Shown: in pieces, positions 1 to 17,310 of the stretch
How positions within the stretch are numbered: position 1 is the stretch's first letter
Layout: every line of letters begins with the position of its first letter
Origin: the human T2T-CHM13v2.0 reference genome, Homo sapiens
Direction: 5' to 3' (one strand)
NCBI RefSeq assembly: GCF_009914755.1
Contig: NC_060930.1
DNA: 64,000 nucleotides
Program-made: the position numbers and the translations under genes
The notes under the pieces: model-generated
Databases searched by the model: none
What the model was told of the DNA's origin: nothing
The model's input: the letters and a program-made list of their open reading frames with translations, nothing else

Positions 1-2652
1 AGAAAAAGTCCAGACATAATCTCATTAAATGAGTAACAATTGTTACTGCTGGGAATGGGAATGGAATTTGGGTAAGTGAAAGCAGACTCAAATTTACAAC
101 ACAACTTCTATACTTTTTGAGTACTTAAGATAAACTAAGTAAATAAATATATGTAAGAAGTGATAAATAATGAACAAAAGGATTAGATAAAACTAATAAA
201 ATGTAGTCAAATATACAATACATAATAATAAACAAATGAAAAGTTGGCCCACACAAATTTCTTGTCTTAAAAAGTTCTCAAAAAATGTCTAAGAGTTATT
301 TTCCTCACATTTAAATCATTCAAGAAATTACTGTTAAACGTTGGTCTTTCAAAATAAAAAAGTAAAGATATTAAAGGTTGCGGCTATCATTTGGTAAGAG
401 AACTAGAACAACTGGAAAGAATTATACTGCAGACTCAGAAATCAATACTGGGGAGATCTTAATACACCTCCCTGCTATGATCTCCCTGTGTAACACATTT
501 GCTAAGTTTTCATGCCTTGGGAGTTATTCTTGCAGATAATTTTCACATATTGCTAAGTACACTGTGTTGGACAAAGGCATTCATATTGCTCAGGGAAAGA
601 TAATGCTGTGTTTAAGGAGCACTTTCTTTCACAGGAGAGCTAGGAATTCGACATTTGGCAAAATCAGCTTTCCCAGGCACCATTTCCCCCATTTTCCCAC
701 AGTCATAGAACTTTTCTAAAACAAAAAATGGTAATATATTAGATCTATAATTACAGATTGTTACTTTTGTCTATTACATAAAATTTTTTAAATCTGGAAA
801 AAATAATAACCTAAAAATTTCATTAAAATTGAAGGTATAATAAAACTAATAAATTTAAGTTATCTAATTTCTATCTTTGTAAGGATTTACCTCTCTCATA
901 TAAGCAAGTTTAGTCCTCTTCAATTGCATATAGATGTATTTTTGTTTTACAAAATAGATTTGTTCTTGTTATTTTTGTCAATAAACAAAACACAAAATAT
1001 TATAAATAAGCAAAGGAAACCGAACCCATTTGGAAATATAATTTCATATTATCATTTATGACAACATCAAAGCTTATTTAACCAGACAAATACATATTAA
1101 AGCATGTATGGTCTGAAAAATATTAAAATGTCAGAATTCTTTTCTTGTACCAATATCACTAAAACTGATTGTTCTCCTCCAGTAGGTAACTTTTGTCTTC
1201 CTACTGTGTTCATATTCCTCTTTTTGATCTACTTGTCTCAAAGTCTCTATATCAGTAGTTATTAAACTTTACATCAGACTCACATGCAGTTGCCATTAAA
1301 AATCTAGTTTCTTGGGCTTTGACCCCAAATTTTGATTTATCAGGAGCAGAATGGCCCCTAGAAAACTGAATTTTAATAGGCATTTCTAGTAATTTTGAGG
1401 TACTCTGTGGATCAGAGCTTGAGAAATAGTGTTCTTTATATATTTTTTTCAAGAGATATACAGATCATTTCCAAGAGAGTATCATTTATTTATATATAAA
1501 TATATTTATATTCATAATACAGATAATTTTCAAGATTCTCATTTACATATAGTCTCATATATTTTATATTATATATAAAAATATCTAAATTATTTATATA
1601 TAAGTGAGACTCTCCTGAAAACTATCTGTATTATAGGTATTAAGCTTGGATTGTCATCAGGGGTTTTAAATTTACGATTATCTACTAATTAAATTTTAAA
1701 ATAATCCATTTTATGCCTCTGCTTAAAAACCATTACATATACATTATTTTTCCACCAAGCTATAACCTTTGAACAAAATTCTTAACACTCTGCCTGTCAT
1801 GATTAAATGTGCTTATCTTTAATGGATTTTAGGAGTTTTAACCCACCACACGATTTTTATATACAGTTGACCCTTGAACTACACAGGGGTTAGTGGTGCC
1901 AAACCATTGCACAGTTGAAAATCCACGGTTAAATTTTGACTCCCCCAAAATGTAACTATTAATAGCCTAGTTTTGGCTGAAAGCATTACCAATAACATAA
2001 ACAGTCAATTAATACGTGTTTTGGATGTTATATGTATTGTATACTATATTATTACAATAAAGAAACTAGAGAAAAGCAAATGTTATTAAGATAATATGGA
2101 AGAGAAAATATATCTACTATTCATTAAGTGGAAGTGGATCATCATAAAGGTCTTCACCCTCATCATCTTCATGTTAAGTAGGCTGAGGAAGAAGAAGAGG
2201 AGGGGTTGGTCTTGCTGTCTCAAGGGGTGACAGAGACAGATGTGGAAGGGGTAAAAGGGGAAGCAGGAAAGGCAGGCGCACTGGGTGTAATTTTGTGAAA
2301 GCACACTGTAATTTCTGCCCGATTTTTTGCTTTTCATTTATCTAGAAAGGTTCCTATAAGGCAGCAATCCTTCTTCCACTATTTGCTTCAGTGTCAGTAC
2401 CCATATCATAGAAGTGTCCATGCCGTAAAAGAAGTCAAAAGCAGTCTTAAATAATCCGAACCATTCTGCCAGCTTGTCTAATGTCAATTTGTTTTCTGGC
2501 ATTGCTTCTTCTCTGTCTTCTTCCCATAGTCTGGCACTGGTTTGGAGCCACTCATCACCATCAAGTTGTCTTCTGTTAATTCCTCTGATTTGGTGTCTGT
2601 TACCTCTTGAATCTCTCCACGATCCATATCTTGGGACCCTTGTCCCTTCACC

Positions 2653-2697
2653 TTTTGTTTTGTTTTGTTTTGTTTTGTTTTGTTTTGTTTTGTTTTG
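2653..2697. repeat. (TTTTG)n microsatellite inside Tigger2
   Basis: about 9 tandem TTTTG units. Confidence 0.95.
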
Positions 2698-3639
2698 CCA
2701 TATCCACAATCTCTTTTGTGATTTCCCTGATTGGTTGTGTCATAAGATCATGTACAACATTTAGACACAGTTTTCTCCAGTAGAATTTTATGTTTCAGGC
2801 TTCATGGCTTTTTCTGTAACAATGACAGCATCGTCAGTGGTGTAATTCTTCCAGACTTTCATGACATTCTCTCTGCTGGGGTTCTCTTCTATAGCATTGA
2901 CAACCTTTCCATACAATACCATGTGTAATAAGCTTTAAAGGTCCTCCTTATTATACAATCTAGAGGCTGAATTAGATACATTGTCTTAGGGGGCAAGTAG
3001 ACCATTCAGATGTCTTCAGTATTGAACTCATGGGGTTCTGGGTGGCTGGAGACATTGTCTAATATCAAAAGAACTTTAAAATGCAGTCCCTTACTAGCAA
3101 TGTACTTCCTGATTTCAGGGACAAAGCATTGATGGAACCAATCCAGAAAAAGCATTCTGTCATCCAGGCTTTCTTGTTATACAACCAAAAGACTGCCAGC
3201 TGGTGTTTATAGTTTCCCTTCAAGGCTTGGGAGTTAACAGCTCTAAAGATAAGGGAAGTCCTGATTATAAACCCAACTGCATTTGTACAAAACAGTACAG
3301 TTAGCCTATCCTTTCCTGACTTAAATCCTGGGGCTTGTTTCTCTTCCTTACTAATAAATGTCCTTTGTGGCATTTCTTTCTTCCAGAGTAGGACAATTCT
3401 ATCTGCATTAAAAATTTGTTCAGGAAGATATCCATTTCTCCTCAATGAGATTCTTAGTGGCATCTGGAAATGCTTGTGCTGCTGCTTTGTTGGCAGAAGC
3501 TGCTTCTCCTGTGTTTGACAATTTTTAAGCCAAACCTGTTTTTAAAATTATCAAACCATCCTTTGCTGACATTAAATTCTCCAGCTTTTGTTTGAAAAAG
3601 CTGGAGAATTGATAAATTCTTCATCTTTGTTTTGCTTTA

Positions 3640-4023
<384 letters not shown>

Positions 4024-4377
4024 TCACATAAAAGCTGAATTTTCAATATGAGACAAAAAGGAATTTTGCAAAAAGTACAAAGTTTTTGCACCTGGCAGCA
4101 TAGCTGCAGCAACAGTTTCACAAATTTCCTTTTCTTTTTTTTACAATGGTCCTTACACTGTATTATCTCAAAATGGTGGGCAATTGCAGCAGCAGACCTC
4201 AATCTATGGTACATATCAAGCAATAAAACCTTTTCTTATAATGTCACAACTTTTTTTCTGCTTTTTGGGAGCACTTCCAAAATCACTAGTGGCACTTCCT
4301 ATGTGTTTCATGATGTTATTCAGAGTTTACAGTATTGCACTAAACAATGAAAAATACGCAAAAAACCACAAGAGATC

Positions 4378-4674
4378 TTTTTCTTTGAGATAGTGTCTCA
4401 CTCACTCTACCACCCAGGCTGGAGTACAGTGGAGTGATCTCTGCTGAATGGGGCCTCGACCTCCCAGGCTCAGGTGATCCCCCCACCTCAGCCTCCTGAG
4501 TAGCTGGCACTAGGCACACATCACCACATCTGGCTAATTTTTTGTATGTTTTGTAGAGATGGGGTTTTGCGATGCTACCCAGGCTAGTCTCAAACTCCTG
4601 GGCTTGGTCAAGTGGTCCGCCCCCCTTAACTCCCAAAATGCTGGGGTTACAGGCTTGAACCACCACACTCGGCT
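4378..4674 (-). mobile_element. AluJ-like
   Basis: Diverged antisense Alu; gagatc on both sides. Confidence 0.9.
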
Positions 4675-5545
4675 GAGATCACTTTTTACTGTAATACACA
4701 ATTTATTGGAAAGACAAACTGCTCCCATGGAGATGATTAGCATCACATGGCATTTTAAGCTGATACCTGCAACAGTTGAGCTCACCAAAATAGCAACAGG
4801 AGGTGGCTATGAAATTATTACAGTAATACAATATGCACTACAGTTAATTTTAGGCAGTTATGATTTAATATTGCATCTTTACATTTGTATACATTTATCT
4901 CAACTGCAAATGGCACTATGTATGTTCTGTAAATGTTTGTGTATGTAAGTTGTGATCAATTTTAAATTTTTATTATAGTAAATAATACAGACTAACATCT
5001 ATATATATTTTTTGCACTCATGGCATAACTTTTTATTTTAAAAAAATATTTCTATGCAACATGGTTCATCTACAAGTTTTTAAAACTGTCAAAACGTTCC
5101 AAAAAAATTTTTCACTATATGTATTGAAAAAAATCCACATATAAGTGGACCCAAAAAATTCAAATCCATATTGTTAAAGTCAAAGTCTGTTTACATGACA
5201 TCAACCCATAAAAGTTAGACTTGATATCCTGTATACATGGTAAGTTTCCTCTCATCCATTCTCTTCAAATCAGAGATGAATATAATCAGTCCCCATACCA
5301 GTGAGACTACTGAGCCTACATAAACAATAATGAGATTCTATTTACTTAGAGGATATGTTATCCATTCTAAGAATTAATCATACATCATCTCATATTTGCA
5401 ATTGCATTTATTCCTCTTGAAATTTCAGGGCTCAATAAAGCCTCTTTCAAATTATAAAGAAATGGATAGAAAAGAGAAAAAATCAAATAAAATACGTTAA
5501 TGCTTATCAGTGGTTCTTACAATAACAATAATTTAAAGGACTTCT

Positions 5546-5838
<293 letters not shown>

Positions 5839-8351
5839 TTAGAACAACACAAAAAAATGATCAGTGCCGTAGACACAGAGCTTCTAAATTTAAAATCAAC
5901 AATGTTACTTTATGTTATTGTTTGATGGTAGTCCAGTTTTGCTATGTCAATGATATTTATGTCATTTATGATAGGAAAGAATAAAACAGATCTGTGATTA
6001 AACCTGGTGGGACTTTATTAACTAATTTGTACAGATAATGAGCCAACATTTGTGTGTGAGGTCAAAATTAATGACACAATATTTTCACAGTCACTACATT
6101 GCCAACTGTCATATTGTAGAAGAGCAAAAAGTTACAGATATTGCTTACAAATTTAGTCAATCCTACAGATAAACTGAGCATTTACATTATTTTAGATAAA
6201 GCCTATTTAAAAATGCATTATAAGAGTTATTCTCAATTAGATTTTAAAACATAATTACTATGACAATAAATTATTATAATAGTTTTATGTAGTAATATTG
6301 TTTTATAATAATTATATACATAATTACATTATTACAATAATAAATACAATTGAATTTTCAAATTGTACTATCCAAATTGTTACATGTGGGTTGCCTTCAC
6401 ACTAAGAACTGCTGTGTGAAATTTGTAATAGCAGATATATGAGTTTCAAGTTAAAGTTGGTTTACTCGGCACATACTTGGTATGTACCACTCCTGGAGCC
6501 TGAAAAAGGGGTGAGAAAAAGTATTACAAATCTGTACAAAAGACTGAAACATCTTACCATACAATTGCAAATCAAGTAAAAACAATAATAGAACTAGTGG
6601 GTTTTTCTCCTCTTTCTTTTCAATCTAAATAAAAAATATAGTCAAGCAGGCAAATAAAGATACCTCCACTTTACTAGCATCACAAAGTAGATTGGTAATT
6701 CCACATGGGAAATTATCACAGCAATTCATCATTAATGTTCCCCAATAATTTTATGCATGTCTTCTGCATATATGCATAAAACTGATATGCCAAATAATCA
6801 CGCTGCAGAAAAGGTGATTAAACAAAAGATCTACTTGTCTCTTAAGTACATGGTAACTTGGACTGGCTCAGCAGTAAACATTACATCATAAAGACAAGCA
6901 TAACATGTGGTTAAGCAAGAATTTGAAAGGCATGAGGAAAGGAAACAATAAAAGCCTCTATGAGCCAGTGTTTCAACTACACTACAGTGATCCCCATGTC
7001 TTTATTCCTGGAAAAATGAGACAGCAAACATTTCCAAAATAAAACTGCTAAGGCCATCCTTCATTAAGAAATATGCACTCACCTCCATAGATCCAGGAAA
7101 CACGGCATTCTTTTTCTCCTTTTCATGGAGCTCCAGGGATCTCAGCTCACAGTAGAACCCAGTCCCTGCCTACAAATTTTCACTGTGAGCCATAAGGCTC
7201 CCTGTACACAATGGGGCTAGCTGGTGAGCAGAGAACTAGAAAGCAAATGATTTAGATTGCCTGATGAAAATGTTAACACCAAATACAACATGCCATCAGG
7301 ATTGAGCACCAGGACAAAAATAGCTATGACAAAGCAGCAGTGGAAACTATTCTGCAGATAATTTGGTTGGCAAGAATTGACCAAAGAAGACTAACTCGTC
7401 AACATGATAACTTGGTCTAACATTGAATTCAGTTGAAAATGAGTATTTTCTGTTACGGTTTTTTCAACTACTGGTAAATTTATTCTACTGTTGCCCTCAT
7501 GTTGCTCTGTCCTCACCATCCACCTAGCTGCCCAAGATAAAATCAGAGTGATTTTAGGAAAAGAAAATTCCAAAATATTAAGTTAGGAAAAGAAATTTCC
7601 AAAATATTAAGGATTCTTTGAAGCAATCTTGTCCTTTATTCTTAGAATAAAAACCAAAATGTAGTCTAGCAAAGTTGGCATCTTTTAAAAGAAAAAAAAA
7701 CACTAAAAAGCACTCAAAATCTAGGCCTCAATTGTTGTTATAGTACAAAAACAATAATTATTTTTGTTTATGCTCATGGGAGAACATATGTTTATGTTTA
7801 TTATGTTTATGCTCATGGGAGAACATAAAATAAAGGCAAGAAAAATGCAACATAACAGACAACAAAAACCCAACTGGGGAAAAATAAGCGAAGTAATTGA
7901 AACATAATTAAACCATACGATTTGTATCCATGCAGATCCTTTTTTACGCATACATATTTATATATTGTTTAACTATTATATATAGCACATTAAGTATCAT
8001 CCATTTAATTGCTTCAAATTTACAATATGATAACACAGAGAAGAAATATGGGCTAAAAGTTACTAAATACAACAATGAAAAATGTAGGAAAATGAGAAAT
8101 AGACAAATTAAGTTTTTAAAAATACATGATAATTTAACAAAATTGATAGTATAGAAAATATTGACTGAAGAGTCTTGCTTTCAAATTGTCATTGAAACAG
8201 ACTTGTTTATTGACTTGCTGAAGCCCAAATATTTTTGATCAACACATATGCTACCAACAGTTTGCAATATACACCAATACATACTCACATACATTTTTAT
8301 ATAGGTTCATTACATAAAATGATTAAGAATTAGACTAAATGAAAAGCCTAG

Positions 8352-10632
8352 TGTACTAGTTTCCAATAGCTACTGTAACAAATTACCACAAACTTGGTTT
8401 ACACAACAGAATTTTATTCCCTCACAGTTCTGGAATGCACAAGTCTGAAGTCAAAGTCTTTTCAGGGCTGTGTGTCCCCCAGAAGCTCAAGGGAAGATTC
8501 CATTACTTGCCTTTCTCAATTTTTGGTCAGTGCCAGCATTCTTTGGCTTGTGGATACATCACTCCAATCTTAGCCACCATGGTCTCATTACTCCCTCCTC
8601 TTCCCTATGTGAAATTTTCCTCTGCCTCTCTCTTACAAGGACACTAGTGTGACATTTAGGGTCCACTGGGATAAGCCAAGATAATCTCCCTATGACAAGA
8701 TACTCATTCATATCTACAAAAGACCTTTTTTTCAAATAAGGTAATATTTACAGATTCTGGGGATTAAGAGCTGATGTCTCGGGGAAGGGTAATTTTCAGC
8801 CTGACACAGTCTACCCTCTGGCCTTCAAAGATTCACATTCATCCCACATACAGTATACATCCACCCCAATCCAATGTCCACAAAAGTCTCAACAATTTAC
8901 AGTGAATTTCAAATTCTTATCTAAATTAATAAATCGCTCTGAAGTCCTAAATCTTGTTATCTAAATCAGGTATGGGTATGATCCATCCTAGGACAATATC
9001 CCTTTCCATCTGTGAACCTATAGACTACAGAGCAAGTTATCTATTTCCCGATTACGATGTTAAGACAGGCAAAGGATAAGTTATCAACATACCCATTCAA
9101 AAAGAAGAAAAGGTCGCTGACCCTCTGCAATGTTGAATCCAGCAGAAAAAATTCCATCAGATTTCATGACCTAGGAATACCCCTCTGGGCTTGAGGCCCT
9201 GCCAGCCTTGGAACCACTATTCTTTTTTACTTGAAAGATAGTACATAATTGAAGTTGAGTAGTTTTATCAGCCTGCTTCCTACCTATAAAAATTTTGAGC
9301 GTCCAACAGCCTTCCCTCACTTTGTCTTGTCTCTGTACCTTTCATTCCAAACTGGCAGAGTTTCTGCTGATATAACATTATCAAAACCTTGTAAGTTTCC
9401 TGTATATATAATGAGGATTTACACAATTAGACAAGAGGCTCCTCCCCAGGTTTTTCCTGGATAGTCTCATATCTTTATATGTGGCTTCCACTGGGCTGGT
9501 TGAATGGATTCATGAGTCCTGTACCTAATCTCTTTTGCACTAGCAAACTTTGTCTAGCCACAACCTTAACCTTTTTTCCAGCATGCTTGCGTAACAGTGA
9601 ATCTGCTAATTTTAACATCTTTTGTAATCTATATAAGCAGGATATTTCCCAAATCACCAAGTGCTGGCTCCTTTTTGCTTAACAGTTCTTTCCTCAAATA
9701 TCTTTTTCTCCTCACACTTTACTATAAGCAGTAAGAAAAAAAAAATCATGCTCTATCTTCAGCACTTTGCTTGGCAATCTCGTCAGCTAAATATACAAGT
9801 TCATCACTTAGAAGTCTTACTTTCCACACAACTGCAGGACATCATTTAGCTAAATTTTCTGCCACTTTATGACAAGGTGTCACTATTCTTCCAGTTTCCT
9901 ACAGCATGTTCCTCTTTCCTCCTTTATCAACAGTGTCTTTAATGTCCATTCATCTAGCAACAGTGTGTTGATGATGCTATACATATTTTCTAAGATGAGA
10001 AAGGCTTTCTCCACATGACTTCCACTTCTTCACTGAGCCTTCACTATCAATCTTTAACATTCATATGTCTACCAATAGTCTGTTCAAGGCAATATAGACT
10101 ACTTCTACCATGTGTCTCAAAATTCTTACAGCCTCTATACATTACCCAGTTCCCAAGCCACTCTACATTTTAGGTACTTAGGTACTTACTCCCGGAAACA
10201 AAATCTGCATCAGTCAGGGTTCCAGCAGAGAAACAGAACCAGCTGAGATATATGAATGTATGTATACACACATATACATGGCAGAGATTTGTTGCAAAGT
10301 ATTGGTTTATGCAAGAGTGGGGACTGGCTAGGCAAATACCAATCCATGAGACAGGCAATTAGGAGGTGTAAGTTGGAAACTCTCACACAGGAGCTGACGC
10401 TGTAATCCATGGAGAGAATTTCTTCTTTCTCTAGGAAACTTCAGTGTTGCTCTGAACTTTCAACTGACTGGTTCATGCCCACCAGAAAATCCCAGATAAT
10501 CTCCCCATCAGAAGATCTTTAACTTAATCATTTCTACAAAGACCTTTTTATCCAAATAAAACCATATTTACAGGTTTCAGAAGTTAAGATCTGATATTTC
10601 TGAGGGGGAGGCATTTTTTAACCTACTACCAC
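8352..10632 (-). mobile_element. MLT1-type MaLR: LTR (~8352-8808), internal region, second mosaic LTR (~10206-10632)
   Basis: tgtactagtttcc..gctactgtaacaaattaccacaaacttgg MLT1 LTR signature; 8675-8808 recurs diverged at 10493-10632. Confidence 0.75.
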
Positions 10633-11397
10633 TAGTATTTACAGAAATTCATCTAAAATTTCCTTGGATCTGACCCACAACTTTTTATTGAAATTTTATT
10701 AATTTCTATTTTTACAAGCCTATTATTTTCTAATTATCCCAAAATATAGACCTTCTCTTTAAATGCCTTTGTTATTATTTAGATATGTTCCATTTAAACA
10801 TACTTTAGGATCACTTGCACTAGCCAAAACTGGTTCTTTGTGTTCTATTCCCTGTTTACTGTGTGGTGTTCCTCTGTATCCATCCATGCAGTAAGACTTT
10901 TGAAGAGTCATCTCTTATCTTACCCGCATCTAATGGATCCTCAAGCCCTGCTAGTACCTGTTTAGTTCATTTCAAATCCGTCCCACTCTCCCCCTCCCAA
11001 CTCTGACCACTCTCACTTTAGTTGTTACTAGAGGTGACAGAGCTCACTAACTGCTTCCAGTCAAAAGTTTTAAGTAGGGAAGTAGGGCTCCCATTACTCT
11101 CAGAATTAAGTGCAAACAGCACAGACACCTAAAGCCCTTCCTGGTTTGGCCTCTATCTATCCCTAAAAGCTCACCTACTGTTTCTGTCACTTCCCTTTCA
11201 TGTACCGCATGGCAGCCTCAACTACTGTCAGTTCTTCTCAGAGTATGCTTTCTTCTGCCTCTATATTTTGGAACATGCATGCTACACACTCCTGCCTTGC
11301 CAGGCCAAACAACTAGCACACTCATATTTATCATCCAGAATTTGGCCAAGAGAGTTGTGTTTTTAAGAAGCCATCCCTATGCATTTTAAATAGGTGA

Positions 11398-11748
<351 letters not shown>

Positions 11749-11879
11749 TAAACAATGCATACCTTTCGACAATGCCTGCAGCCTCATGTAAGGTTATACA
11801 CATCTTCCACAGCCTTTCAGGCTCCCCCCATACCTATGTTCATACCATTCATACTGTGTTGCCATCTATTGGCTCATTT

Positions 11880-11987
11880 GACTCCTTGATGGCCAGGCCA
11901 TGATTAATTAATCTTCATATTCTCCTCAATTAGTACAATGTCTGGCACAAAGTAGACACTCAGTAAATACTGCTGAATAATTGAAAG
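11880..11987 (+). mobile_element. L2 3' end fragment
   Basis: gtacaatgtctggcacaaagtagacactcagtaaatactgctgaataattgaa. Confidence 0.65.
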
Positions 11988-13331
11988 AATATAATCTTTA
12001 AACATAGCAATTCATGGTTGAAACAAGTTATAATAAATCTATCTGGTGTTAGACCTGAGTTTACAGTTTCCTGAATTGAAGTTAATTAGGTATAATTTAC
12101 TACTTAGAAAGTAAATTACTTTTAGGATTGACAAATACTAGCTTTCAAATTCAAAGTACTGACATGTGAATGTACTTGTATTTTGAAGCAATATAATCAT
12201 TTCCTAATAAATTATAGTGCTAGCCATTAATTTTAATTCTGGGAGTTAGTGTTCATATGTATCAATCTGCTTACAGGGATGAATCACCATTAAACTGACA
12301 TAAGCTGTGTTTAATTAGCTTTAAAGCATTTTTCCAAGAGCTTCTGTCCTTCCATGTGAAACTCCATTAATTTTCTTGGCTGCCACATTATAGAATAAAG
12401 TGAATATGCCCTTTATAGTAGAGCCAAGTCATTTATTACAACTACTTAAAACCATTATTTCCACACAATGGAAGAATGTTTATTTCTTTGTGTCACAAAA
12501 TATATAAACTTTATGGATTTTTTTTCTATTTTCAAAGCTTTTCCACAAATGATAAGAATCCATTTGCACAGCATAATAAAAACCAAGTTTTCATTAATTG
12601 TTAAAAAAAAAATAGCTTGTTACGCTATCTGTTCTTATTTGGAAGAAAATACAGACCAGAAGAATTGTTTCCAGACATCAGCAAATTTGAGACACTTAAC
12701 CTATGAATTGCTTTCCTAACAGGATGCATTTCCTGGCATAGGAAACTTGGCTTCCTCTTTGCTATTCATCAAGAAAGAGAGGGGAATGGAAGAAAAGAAG
12801 TAAAGGAACCTCTCCTGTGTTCCCCAATCCATTGGGCTGGAGTGGGAGAGTCTCACTCAGTAACTCCCAGTTTTTTACCCACTAGATTTAGGAGAAAAAA
12901 TTCATCTCAATAACGTCTACTACCCCATTCACATTATTCTTTGCCTCAGCACCTTGTTTGTCTATCTTTTTGAACTTGGTAATTTAGTTTTTGCTTGCTT
13001 ATCCTTTTACCATCTATCTCCCCAACTAGGCTGTAAGCCTCCATGAGGCAGTCACTGTGTTTCCCTCACCACTGAAGCTAAACATTACAGGGGTGGAAGG
13101 AATATTGGGAGGAAAGAAAAAAAAGAAAAGAAGGAAATGGTTAAAATCTAAAGGGCCACACTCCCTGGAATGGTAAATTATTCTAGTGCAACAACTCTAG
13201 ACAGGAATAAGTCTTGAATAAAGTGGGAGCAGGCAGGGCAAAAACAAACCCAAATCAGTGTCTGCTTGGGGATAAAAGTGAGAAACAAGCAGCCATGGGA
13301 AAGGAAAGCATCTTCTAAGCACTCCTCATTT

Positions 13332-15768
<2,437 letters not shown>

Positions 15769-15940
15769 TATGTTTAATATTTCTTTTATCTTTTTAGGTT
15801 TTATGAAGATATTTCAATAGTATCATGTTCAACGTAAATACGTGCTCCTCACATTGAATTATGGTCTACACAGACTTGCCGGTCAGTCTGCCCTTTCTAA
15901 CATTGTTTCTACGGGAGAATGAATTACAGATTCCAAATAA

Positions 15941-16289
<349 letters not shown>

Positions 16290-17149
16290 TTCACATCCTA
16301 AATTATATCCAAGCTCTCATGTCTATTATCTCTTATTTCCCTCTTCCTCTTTTTCCTTCTTTTCTTCCCATTAACCTTTCCTTCTCTCACCTCTCTTTGT
16401 GTTTCTTATGCTCTTTCCCTCATACACGCACACCCACATACACACACACACCTACTTTATATTCTGAAACAATAACATAAACAAATAATCACACCCAGTC
16501 TTATATCCAGTTACCAAGTCTCATAATTTTTCTTAAATAACAGCAATTATGGCTCACATATGTTGAGCTCATGCTACCCTATTGAACCCACTCCATGCTT
16601 ATTAATACCCTAGTCGAGGCCTTCTACTTCATGCCTGGTCTGTCAAAAGAGCCTGCTAACTAGCACCCTGTTTCCAGTTTCTTCTCCTTTCCAATCATTC
16701 CACACACACCAGGAGCTCATACACTGCCTCTAAAACAGTTCTTTTTACTATGTTCTCTTTTTTTCTCACAAAACTTCAATGACAAATGAATAAGGTTTAC
16801 TTTTCAAACTTGCAGTCAAGGTTCTCCATTTTATGGCCCTAGCCAAGTTTCTACCTTTACTTTCTAACACGCAACAGAGACCCTTCTCTGCAGATTCAGG
16901 ACCTCATTAAGATCATTTCATTATTTCCTGGGCACACCTTTAACCATCTCACATATGTGTCTTCATTCAGATGAGTTCTCTCTTTCCTGTCTTCCTTTGA
17001 TTCCCAGTCATCCTTTCATGAACAAATCTGGCACAAACCCTTGGTAAAATTTTTTCAAGCACCTCAATAACAGGATTACCTTCCTATACTCTTTCAGCAC
17101 TTAGAATAGCCCCATGCATTTGTGCAATGTTTTTACAATTTTTAAAAAT

Positions 17150-17310
17150 TTCCTACGTAAGCTTCACAACAACCCTATGAAGTAAGCACTATAAGCATCT
17201 ACACTATTCACACTTAGAGAAAAATATTCAGGGATGTGAAGTGACTTCTCCAAGCTCATACTGCTGAAATGTAGCAGTAGTCATCTCCAAACCCTGGCTT
17301 TCTGACTCCA
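17150..17310 (-). mobile_element. MIR fragment
   Basis: cttcacaacaaccctatgaagtaag...gtgaagtgacttctccaag core. Confidence 0.7.

Noticed and set aside
3065-3463. Transposase-like ORF as a domesticated TIGD gene
   Set aside because: Short, frameshifted fragment of an Alu-interrupted Tigger2.
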